Virus record (IMG/VR): IMGVR_UViG_3300043436_001870
Coordinates: 1-64,000 of that record
Source: a virus
DNA length: 64,000 nucleotides
Direction: 5' to 3' (one strand)
The notes under the pieces are model-generated. The model was not told where the DNA came from, did no database searches, and was given only the letters and a program-made list of their open reading frames with translations. Made by a program: the position numbers and the translations under genes. Shown here in pieces: positions 9,381-15,953 of this stretch (its first letter is position 1; every line of letters starts with the position of its first letter).

Positions 9381-9614
9381 TTAGTTATTTTTACTTAAGG
9401 CCTTGATAAACAGGTGCTGTTTTTCTTGCTCAGCAGCCATAATAGCCATGATACCTCTTAGCTCCTCATACGTAAACTGAGCAACCATATCACCATCAGG
9501 TGTATTTATCTGGATCAAGAGCTCATCAATATAAATCTCAGGAGCAACAAGATCATCATCCTTCCCTAAGTAAGGATCCGGCTGATAAAGACCGGCCTTA
9601 ATGCTAGTAGCCAT
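9381..9614 (-). CDS. hypothetical protein
   Basis: 77 aa, coupled to the phosphoesterase. Confidence 0.55.
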   Translation of the reverse strand: MATSIKAGLYQPDPYLGKDDDLVAPEIYIDELLIQINTPDGDMVAQFTYEELRGIMAIMAAEQEKQHLFIKALSKNN

Positions 9615-10621
9615 TAATGTACCTCCCCGTTAATTACTGTATAGTTCTTTATTATAAAAGTCTTGTCTGCTTTTAGGGAAATTCTAGCAAACCCATGCAC
9701 CCAGTCATTACCCTTAGGCATGTACTCAGGATTGAGTTCACATAGACACCCTGTTGTCCAGGCTCCGTAAACCTGTTCCCCTATATCTTTAGTAAGGAAC
9801 TCTGATTTTCTATGGAAGTGACCACAGATAGCAGATGACTTAGCCTTAAGATAAAGATTTCTAGCAGGGTTAACTGTACCAGAACCCTTGTACTCATGAC
9901 CGTGAAGCACATAAAGATTACCAGCTCTCATAATGGTGTTACTATGGATCAAGTGAATCTTATGTTCAGCAAATCCTAAAAGTACCTTTAGTTCAAACTC
10001 ATCAGTACCCAACCATTCAGGTGCCTTTAGTCTGAGCCACTTCTCTAATCTGGCTTCATGATTACCGATTTTAAAGTAAATCTGAGCCTTTGGGAATGTC
10101 TCTCTAAGAGCCTTCATTAACCAGCGGCCATACTCAAGCTCCTCTCTCATCTTAGGTTTGGATGGATCCTTATCAAATGAGGACAACCAATGAAAGTCCA
10201 GGGTATCCCCATTAAGTATAACACAATCAACCTCATCAACAACACCCTTCATAACAGCAGCCCGGAGAGCATCCTCATCATGATAAGGCATATGTATATC
10301 AGAGAGAAGAAGAATCTCCCTAATAGAACTTGGAAGATCATAGAACTCAGGACCAGAACCATATGACCTAGGAATATTATCAAAGGGATTATTAGTTGTA
10401 TTATAATCCTTAACTAGATCTGGATTAGCCTTTAAAGCATACTTCCTATCCAGCTTACCTTTTTTCCCAGTATAGTATCTAACCATAGTATATGCCTGCT
10501 TCTCAGAATTAAACAGGTGTGTATACTCATTATATACTAATCTACCTATGGTGCGGTCACCATGTTTAGGATACTTCCTAAGATATTCCTTAACAATATC
10601 AGATGCCTTCTTAACAGCCAT
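9614..10621 (-). CDS. calcineurin-like metallophosphoesterase
   Basis: SDIH, NGD, GNHE, HGHE and GHFH motifs. Confidence 0.85.
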   Translation of the reverse strand: MAVKKASDIVKEYLRKYPKHGDRTIGRLVYNEYTHLFNSEKQAYTMVRYYTGKKGKLDRKYALKANPDLVKDYNTTNNPFDNIPRSYGSGPEFYDLPSSIREILLLSDIHMPYHDEDALRAAVMKGVVDEVDCVILNGDTLDFHWLSSFDKDPSKPKMREELEYGRWLMKALRETFPKAQIYFKIGNHEARLEKWLRLKAPEWLGTDEFELKVLLGFAEHKIHLIHSNTIMRAGNLYVLHGHEYKGSGTVNPARNLYLKAKSSAICGHFHRKSEFLTKDIGEQVYGAWTTGCLCELNPEYMPKGNDWVHGFARISLKADKTFIIKNYTVINGEVH

Positions 10622-10816
10622 GTTAATTGTGTTTACATTACAATATACGAATTATCCATGATATTTCCATCCCTACAAGAACAGTAACCTAATTTTCACA
10701 TTGTATATAAGAGAATGAGGTGGGTCTCTTATAAACAAGCCCCGGCTTCAAACCAGAAGTGGTGGTACCCCCTAGGCTTTGAGGGCAGCCTAGAAAAAAT
10801 TTGACCTAGTAGAAGA

Positions 10817-10834
10817 AGTTTATATTTACTTAAA
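10817..10834 (+). promoter_or_regulatory. early promoter-like repeat, copy 1
   Basis: AGTTTATATTTACTTAAA. Confidence 0.65.
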
Positions 10835-10851
10835 AACAATTAACATAATGA

Positions 10852-10869
10852 AGTTAATATTTACTTAAA
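10852..10869 (+). promoter_or_regulatory. early promoter-like repeat, copy 2
   Basis: AGTTAATATTTACTTAAA followed by N4-TCCA. Confidence 0.7.
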
Positions 10870-10923
10870 TATATCCATGTAGTAGCTGATGATAATGTTG
10901 TCATCATTAATCCCTTTATCAAC

Positions 10924-11331
10924 GTGAGTAAAAATCATGGAGCAATCAGCATGGTGTCTGGTTACGGTATTAAGCCCGTGCAAGTTGACGGTGTCACCCT
11001 TGCAACAGTTCTCAAGTTTGCTGTCAAGAAGAACAGCCTATTACACATGGCCTATTGGGCTGCGTTTAGGATACATGACTTCAATGGCAGACCAACACTG
11101 TATCTGCACGAGCAGGATGTATGCAAGAACAAGTCTAACATTAGACTCTATTGCATGGCTAAGTCTAATCAGGAACTGGACCTTTGGGCTATCTATAAGA
11201 GAGCACAAATCCTTGTAAGGGAAGCAGAAATTGCTGACTTCAGGGGGAATGCACGTCCTGAATGGGTAGACATGTTCTGGGCTAGTAGAGAACAGTTTGT
11301 GCGATTCATTGATGATGAATTGCCATTCTAG
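10924..11331 (+). CDS. first early protein, ending in SSB-like tail DDELPF
   Basis: GTG start after TAATCCCTT leader; followed by a terminator. Confidence 0.7.
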   Translation: MSKNHGAISMVSGYGIKPVQVDGVTLATVLKFAVKKNSLLHMAYWAAFRIHDFNGRPTLYLHEQDVCKNKSNIRLYCMAKSNQELDLWAIYKRAQILVREAEIADFRGNARPEWVDMFWASREQFVRFIDDELPF

Positions 11332-11337
11332 TCTTGT

Positions 11338-11375
11338 AGGGATATCTGGGTAACACCAGGTATCCCTTTATTTAT
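11338..11375 (+). terminator. intrinsic terminator
   Basis: AGGGATATCTGG-GTAACA-CCAGGTATCCCT then TTATTT. Confidence 0.75.
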
Positions 11376-11405
11376 GTTAACTATAATCCTTTTAATAAAT
11401 CAACA

Positions 11406-11645
11406 ATGAAACACACGTTAAAGTTTTTATACAAGGTATGTTTAATATGCCTTGTAGCAGCAGTAGTATTTGTATTGCCAGCTATCATAGCTTCATTAAT
11501 GTTCTTAGACTTATCATTATATCTCAAGGGTATAACAAGTCCAGAGTATTGTGTAATAATGTTCTTCATCACAATGTTTGTGACATGTACATATATAAGT
11601 TATATGGTAGATAAATCTAAGAGCAATGCAGATACTAGTAAATAA
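11406..11645 (+). CDS. small early membrane protein
   Basis: two TM segments. Confidence 0.6.
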   Translation: MKHTLKFLYKVCLICLVAAVVFVLPAIIASLMFLDLSLYLKGITSPEYCVIMFFITMFVTCTYISYMVDKSKSNADTSK

Positions 11646-11808
11646 AGAGAATGCTGGTCACAATACAGTTGACCAGGTAGTACAGAATTATGTCTCTCAA
11701 GGCTGGAGACTCATTGGGTATTTCCTTGACCACAATGATAACAGGGCAGCACGTCTTGTCAAGCCTGAGAGTCACCGAGATTATCTGTTGAGAAACAGAC
11801 ATCGTTGA
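11626..11808 (+). CDS. small early hypothetical protein
   Basis: 60 aa, YVSQGWRLIG; followed by hairpin. Confidence 0.55.
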   Translation: MQILVNKENAGHNTVDQVVQNYVSQGWRLIGYFLDHNDNRAARLVKPESHRDYLLRNRHR

Positions 11809-11825
11809 TAAAGGGGAAGGAACAG

Positions 11826-11854
11826 CAGATAGGGCAGCAATGCCTTATCTGTTT
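11826..11854 (+). terminator. intrinsic terminator
   Basis: CAGATAGGGCA-GCAA-TGCCTTATCTG-TTT. Confidence 0.65.
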
Positions 11855-11868
11855 AACTTCTCTGGTTC

Positions 11869-11886
11869 AGTTCATATTTACTTAAA
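11869..11886 (+). promoter_or_regulatory. early promoter-like repeat, copy 3
   Basis: AGTTCATATTTACTTAAA-N4-TCCA. Confidence 0.7.
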
Positions 11887-11915
11887 CCTATCCACGTTGT
11901 GGCTAGGATGGTATG

Positions 11916-11928
11916 GTTTACTATCACC
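11916..11928 (+). repeat. 13-bp repeat GTTTACTATCACC, copy 1
   Basis: identical copies at 12745 and 13523. Confidence 0.8.
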
Positions 11929-11939
11929 TCTTGATCATA

Positions 11940-11973
11940 CTCCTCCTACAAGAAATCCTCCTCCTCCTACAAG
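11940..11973 (+). repeat. tandem CTCCTCCTACAAG repeat
   Basis: copies at 11940-11952 and 11961-11973; related to 12788-12798 and 13548-13554. Confidence 0.7.
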
Positions 11974-11989
11974 CTTAGCCTTAGTCATC

Positions 11990-12007
11990 AGTTAATATTT
12001 ACTTAAA
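11990..12007 (+). promoter_or_regulatory. early promoter-like repeat, copy 4
   Basis: AGTTAATATTTACTTAAA-N4-TCCATGTAGTA, nearly identical to copy 2 context. Confidence 0.7.
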
Positions 12008-12074
12008 CTATTCCATGTAGTATCTAGGCATAAAGGATAGCCTGTAATATCCGTAACCTAATCCCTTATCAGCC

Positions 12075-12173
12075 ATGATGAACTTCTTTGAATGGCTTAA
12101 GACTCTGTCCCCCAAGGAGCAGAAAGAAGCTAGAGCTCTGTTTGCAGACACAACAGGGCTTGAGTTTGAGTAA
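12075..12173 (+). CDS. 32-aa early microprotein (not in ORF track)
   Basis: MMNFFEWLKTLSPKEQKEARALFADTTGLEFE, between promoter repeat/TAATCCCTT leader and a hairpin. Confidence 0.7.
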   Translation: MMNFFEWLKTLSPKEQKEARALFADTTGLEFE

Positions 12174-12178
12174 CTTAT

Positions 12179-12204
12179 AGGACAGGTGTAATAGCCTGTC
12201 CTTT
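12179..12204 (+). terminator. terminator-like hairpin
   Basis: AGGACAGG-TGTAATAG-CCTGTCCT-TT; short U tract. Confidence 0.55.
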
Positions 12205-12232
12205 ACCATGTAATCCCTTAATAACCAATAAT

Positions 12233-12433
12233 ATGGAAACAACTGTTTGTGACAAAGTATCTGTAATCAAGTCAATAGCACACACCTGGTTTGACTTAAC
12301 AGGTAAAATTATTGACTCTAATGAGTTTGACTTCCTGTATGATCAGTGTATTGAAGACCTCACACTTTATGCTGAGCAGTTAAAGTTCAAGCTTAATTTG
12401 CACAACTTCCTAGTTGACTTAACCAAGAGATAG
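12233..12433 (+). CDS. early hypothetical protein
   Basis: 66 aa after TAATCCCTT leader. Confidence 0.65.
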   Translation: METTVCDKVSVIKSIAHTWFDLTGKIIDSNEFDFLYDQCIEDLTLYAEQLKFKLNLHNFLVDLTKR

Positions 12434-12452
12434 GGTAACACCTATCTCTTTT
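12425..12452 (+). terminator. intrinsic terminator
   Basis: AAGAGATAGG-GTAACA-CCTATCTCTT-TT; same loop as 11338. Confidence 0.65.
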
Positions 12453-12480
12453 ACATTGTAATCCCTTAATAATCAATTAT

Positions 12481-12705
12481 ATGAAGAAACCAACCAAAGC
12501 AGATCTCATCAATGAGATCCTCATAAAGTGGAAGAAACTAGGTAAACATGCTAAAAAACCTAGTCCTAAAGATTATGCCCATCTCAATAAGCAGAACAAA
12601 GACGGTCTTGAGTTTATACTGAATGTTATCAATAGCAGACTAGACATGCTGAGAATTGAGAAATATATAAACAAGTTAGAACGTAGTATAACCTTGCCAG
12701 ATTAA
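12481..12705 (+). CDS. early basic hypothetical protein
   Basis: 74 aa after TAATCCCTT leader. Confidence 0.65.
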   Translation: MKKPTKADLINEILIKWKKLGKHAKKPSPKDYAHLNKQNKDGLEFILNVINSRLDMLRIEKYINKLERSITLPD

Positions 12706-12714
12706 CCAGGAGAT

Positions 12715-12738
12715 GGGGAGCAATCCCCTTTTCTTTTT
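12715..12738 (+). terminator. intrinsic terminator
   Basis: GGGGA-GCAA-TCCCC-TTTTCTTTTT. Confidence 0.8.
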
Positions 12739-12744
12739 ATTGTT

Positions 12745-12757
12745 GTTTACTATCACC
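12745..12757 (+). repeat. 13-bp repeat GTTTACTATCACC, copy 2
   Basis: immediately after terminator U tract. Confidence 0.8.
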
Positions 12758-12926
12758 CATGTTGGGGGACCATCAGTCAACAATTTCCTCCTCCTACAGC
12801 AGGCATTATTGGAATCCTATTGACTGTGCGGTCTCACATTTCTCGGGGTGGAGACCAAACATTAATGACAATGTGAACTGGTAATCAATTAGTTAAGTAA
12901 TTGTCTATTCTTGTAATCTTATTAAT

Positions 12927-12944
12927 AGTTCATATTTACTTAAA
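12927..12944 (+). promoter_or_regulatory. early promoter-like repeat, copy 5
   Basis: AGTTCATATTTACTTAAA-N4-TCCA. Confidence 0.7.
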
Positions 12945-12988
12945 TCTGTCCATTATGTCTCTAATATTAATTAAATAAATCAGTTATC

Positions 12989-13468
12989 ATGAGCAAAATG
13001 AATCTCACAGTTTCCTATCGTAACAAGTTTACACGTACAAATGAAGAAGACGGCAGTGTTTACAACATCTACTGCTATCTTGTGTCTAAGAACAACAATC
13101 CTTTGGCCATTGCTCAATTGGAGCAGGACATCAAGGATGCAGGCCACAACGTCATTGTTGATGAACCATCAGGCTCTATCCTGTTCAAGTCAACAAGACC
13201 AATCCCACGTGGATGCCAAATCACACGTACCTCTAAGGGTAAATGGATTGCAGACACAGCCAAATGGGATGAAATTGCAGCCCTTGACAAGCTATATCCA
13301 AACCTAGGATTGGGTGCAGCCATGGCCAAGGAACTCATGGCAGACATCATGAAGAAGGACAGGAACCAACCTGTTGATACACATGATGAACAGACTGAAC
13401 AGCACCAAGCTGAAAACCAGTCTACGGAAGGAACAGGTGATGCAGGGATAGACCCATTCAAGCTATAA
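12989..13468 (+). CDS. early protein with acidic tail (paralog A), possibly ssDNA-binding
   Basis: alignable to 13700..14158; ends AGIDPFKL. Confidence 0.7.
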   Translation: MSKMNLTVSYRNKFTRTNEEDGSVYNIYCYLVSKNNNPLAIAQLEQDIKDAGHNVIVDEPSGSILFKSTRPIPRGCQITRTSKGKWIADTAKWDEIAALDKLYPNLGLGAAMAKELMADIMKKDRNQPVDTHDEQTEQHQAENQSTEGTGDAGIDPFKL

Positions 13469-13482
13469 CAGCTTGGGTGGGC

Positions 13483-13515
13483 AGGGTAGCCGTCTAAGGA
13501 CGGTTACCCTTTTTT
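13483..13515 (+). terminator. intrinsic terminator
   Basis: AGGGTAGCCGTC-TAAG-GACGGTTACCCT-TTTTT. Confidence 0.85.
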
Positions 13516-13522
13516 AACTGAA

Positions 13523-13535
13523 GTTTACTATCACC
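13523..13535 (+). repeat. 13-bp repeat GTTTACTATCACC, copy 3
   Basis: immediately after terminator U tract. Confidence 0.8.
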
Positions 13536-13616
13536 GTTTATACAGTTCTCCTACGGAAAATACTGTTAATCAGTTACCTACGGAATAAACAGTAAATCAG
13601 TTTGTATCTATTCTTT

Positions 13617-13634
13617 AGTTCATATTTACTTAAA
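13617..13634 (+). promoter_or_regulatory. early promoter-like repeat, copy 6
   Basis: AGTTCATATTTACTTAAA-N4-TCCA. Confidence 0.7.
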
Positions 13635-13699
13635 TTTTTCCATTCTGTTCCTAATTATATATTTCATACACAAATTAACAAACAAAACAGTTTAACAAA

Positions 13700-14158
13700 A
13701 TGAGAGCAAACTTTCAAAACAGTTACCCAAAGCGTACTAAGAACAACACAGTAGTAGATGTATTTGTCTACTCAGTTGAAGGTACAGATGCAGAATTAGA
13801 TGCATACCGTGATGCAAAAGGATCAGAGTACCGTGAGGACTCAGATACAGGTAAACCACTGTGGTTCAGTCTTAACTATGTAGGTGAGACATGTCCGATG
13901 ATCATTACTACCAATGGTAATGTAGTAGCTGATACCTCACAATTGAGGAAGGCAGCAAATCTTGTAGGGCAGTATGATTTCTTAAAGGAACAACTGGCAG
14001 ACCGTCTGTTGGGACAGCTTGGATTTGACAGTCCACGTAGCCGTCAATCTGTTCAGACACCTACTAATAAGGTAGAAACACCAGTTGAGAATAAAACTGA
14101 AGCTTCTGTTGATCAGAATGCAGGTTCTGACCCAGGAATTGATCCATTCAACATCTAA
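13700..14158 (+). CDS. early protein with acidic tail (paralog B), possibly ssDNA-binding
   Basis: alignable to 12989..13468; ends PGIDPFNI. Confidence 0.7.
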   Translation: MRANFQNSYPKRTKNNTVVDVFVYSVEGTDAELDAYRDAKGSEYREDSDTGKPLWFSLNYVGETCPMIITTNGNVVADTSQLRKAANLVGQYDFLKEQLADRLLGQLGFDSPRSRQSVQTPTNKVETPVENKTEASVDQNAGSDPGIDPFNI

Positions 14159-14185
14159 TGGATTAATTTTCAGTTAGTTAAAGGA

Positions 14186-14232
14186 GGTTTGTGAGGGTGG
14201 GAGGACAACAATCCTCTCATCCTTTACAAGCC
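14186..14232 (+). other. long RNA hairpin without U tract (possible processing site)
   Basis: GGTTTGTGAGGGTGGGAGGA / TCCTCTCATCCTTTACAAGCC, ~20 bp with one bulge. Confidence 0.5.
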
Positions 14233-14282
14233 AAATCCTTAAAAATTACCAAACAGGTTCCTACTTAAACCATAGTATAGCA

Positions 14283-14546
14283 ATGATCAAGAAGAAAACC
14301 TACATTGTGAGTACCTATAACTCCTATGAATGGATTACTACCAGAGATACCTACTCTCTATTACTCCTTAAGTTGAAGTATATGAAAGAGGGTTACAGAG
14401 TGTTTACTTTTCCCCTATGGTTTGTTAAGGCTTGGTATAAGATTACTTCCCGGTCTATCTATAAGTCTAAGACTGCTGTTTTTGAGAAGTATGTCCCGGG
14501 GTCAGATCAGATTACCTACCACACACCATATCATAACTTCTATTAA
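14283..14546 (+). CDS. hypothetical protein
   Basis: 87 aa ORF on coding strand. Confidence 0.5.
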   Translation: MIKKKTYIVSTYNSYEWITTRDTYSLLLLKLKYMKEGYRVFTFPLWFVKAWYKITSRSIYKSKTAVFEKYVPGSDQITYHTPYHNFY

Positions 14547-14564
14547 CCTTAAAACTATTAAGCC

Positions 14565-14882
14565 GTGAATAAAGCACAAGAACTATTTCTTACTGACTTT
14601 TCTCTTTCACCTATTAGTAAGGATCATACTGTTATTGACTATTCAGAGTTTTGGGATAAGATCCTAGATCCTAGGCATAATATTAACCTTGCCCAGAATG
14701 CATGTGAGAATAAGATTCACCGAGCTTCTTATTACCATGATGGATATGTATACTTCTACTATTCTGTCAAGAGTCATAGTGAACAGCTTGTAGATGAAGA
14801 TGTCTTTGCCTGCAAGTATATTGATGATGATTTACCTCTACCATCAGACCATTGGGATGGTGGTATGTATGAAGAGTTTTAA
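14565..14882 (+). CDS. hypothetical protein with acidic C-terminus
   Basis: 105 aa, GTG start. Confidence 0.55.
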   Translation: MNKAQELFLTDFSLSPISKDHTVIDYSEFWDKILDPRHNINLAQNACENKIHRASYYHDGYVYFYYSVKSHSEQLVDEDVFACKYIDDDLPLPSDHWDGGMYEEF

Positions 14883-14887
14883 AATAT

Positions 14888-14999
14888 TCCCCAGTGCACT
14901 AACCAAATGGGTGGGCAGTTGTAATGAGCATGGATAAGCTCTTAATACTATACGCTTAAATGTGTGTCCTTATAGTATTACAACTAAGTGCATTGGGGA
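14888..14999 (+). ncRNA. structured RNA motif, compact copy
   Basis: 13-bp closing stem TCCCCAGTGCACT/AGTGCATTGGGGA, inner AGTTGTAA/TTACAACT stem and two hairpins; homologous to 15642..15924. Confidence 0.7.
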
Positions 15000-15040
15000 T
15001 TAACTTTAAATAGTACCCACAACCTTTAATATTAAACAAC

Positions 15041-15319
15041 ATGAAAGTAAGAACTCAAAAAGAACTTCTTGAGGTTATGCTGACTAACATAGGTAGTCTT
15101 AGATCAGGACTTTGTTTTCTTAGTAGTGAATTATTCACTCAAGGTATTATTACTTTTGACGAGCATATTGTTATTGGTAATTACATCATAGGCAACAAGC
15201 CTTCCATATTTAGTAGTTGTAATGCCTTCTGGAATGCTGGTAGCCGTTTCTATTGGACTAAAGGTGATGTTGAGCCACGTATCAAATGGCTAAAGCAACA
15301 TATTAAGAAACTATCATAA
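15041..15319 (+). CDS. hypothetical protein
   Basis: GLC...FYW...PRIKWL small phage protein pattern. Confidence 0.6.
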   Translation: MKVRTQKELLEVMLTNIGSLRSGLCFLSSELFTQGIITFDEHIVIGNYIIGNKPSIFSSCNAFWNAGSRFYWTKGDVEPRIKWLKQHIKKLS

Positions 15320-15519
15320 TGCCTAATCCTATGGATACTTCTTCTATTATTCCTATTCTATACTTCCTTATCATGACTATTATCTGTAGTATGGTAGCCG
15401 GCAGGCTGCTTATACTTGCAGATGAAAAGGATAGTCCTGTTCATTTTATTACAGGATGTATTGTTACAGCACTTGCTGTTTTTAATTTATGCGTACTTGT
15501 AGTTGCTATTATAGAATAG
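15319..15519 (+). CDS. small membrane protein
   Basis: two TM segments. Confidence 0.55.
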   Translation: MPNPMDTSSIIPILYFLIMTIICSMVAGRLLILADEKDSPVHFITGCIVTALAVFNLCVLVVAIIE

Positions 15520-15641
15520 TATTGTTGCCTTTTCTTTAACCAGGCATCTATCCAGTAAGCTGCTGGCGTGAGTTCAACACAGTACATAATGAATGTAGGC
15601 TGATATATCTGAATATATATCCATTAGGTAGTAATACCTGA

Positions 15642-15924
15642 TGATTTAATGCACCATAACCTGAGTGGATATAAAGACTTCTTATTAATCTGCAGCTCTA
15701 ACCAATTGGAAACAGCTACTTATCTTTTAAGATGTAAAACCACATGATTAATTAACAATGTACAACAGGTAAACTGCTCAGCCTGTGTATTAGCAGTAAG
15801 TACATAAGTTAATCAGCTCCCAAGATCAGGCAGTTGTAGTGGGTACCTAAATGGTAGCTAAAACCCTTAACATACCGTGAGCTTCTCGAAGTATGCTACA
15901 ACTGAGTGCAGAGGGGATAAATCA
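15642..15924 (+). ncRNA. structured RNA motif, expanded copy with pseudoknot insertion
   Basis: TGATTTA/TAAATCA, TGCAC/GTGCA, CCTGA/TCAGG and AGTTGTAG/CTACAACT stems; covaries with 14888..14999. Confidence 0.7.
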
Positions 15925-15953
15925 ATCAACTAAAAATTAATTCACACCAACCT

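Noticed and set aside
13529-13536. Resemblance of TATCACCG to the lambda operator half-site
   Set aside because: No inverted second half-site and no CI/Cro-like gene; likely coincidence.
10817-13634. CRISPR array interpretation of the 18-bp repeats
   Set aside because: Repeats are short, irregularly spaced (35 to >1000 nt) and separated by genes; no cas operon. The PD-(D/E)XK nucleases are ordinary phage genes.
15638-15644. CTGATGA hammerhead core (also at 17222-17228)
   Set aside because: No stem II followed by GAAA and no matching stem III/NUH site could be built at either place.
15642-15924. Canonical twister or HDV-like ribozyme call
   Set aside because: Twister T2/P4 pairings and P1 register do not fit; HDV P1/P3/L3 cannot be formed in either copy. 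Kept as an unknown motif.
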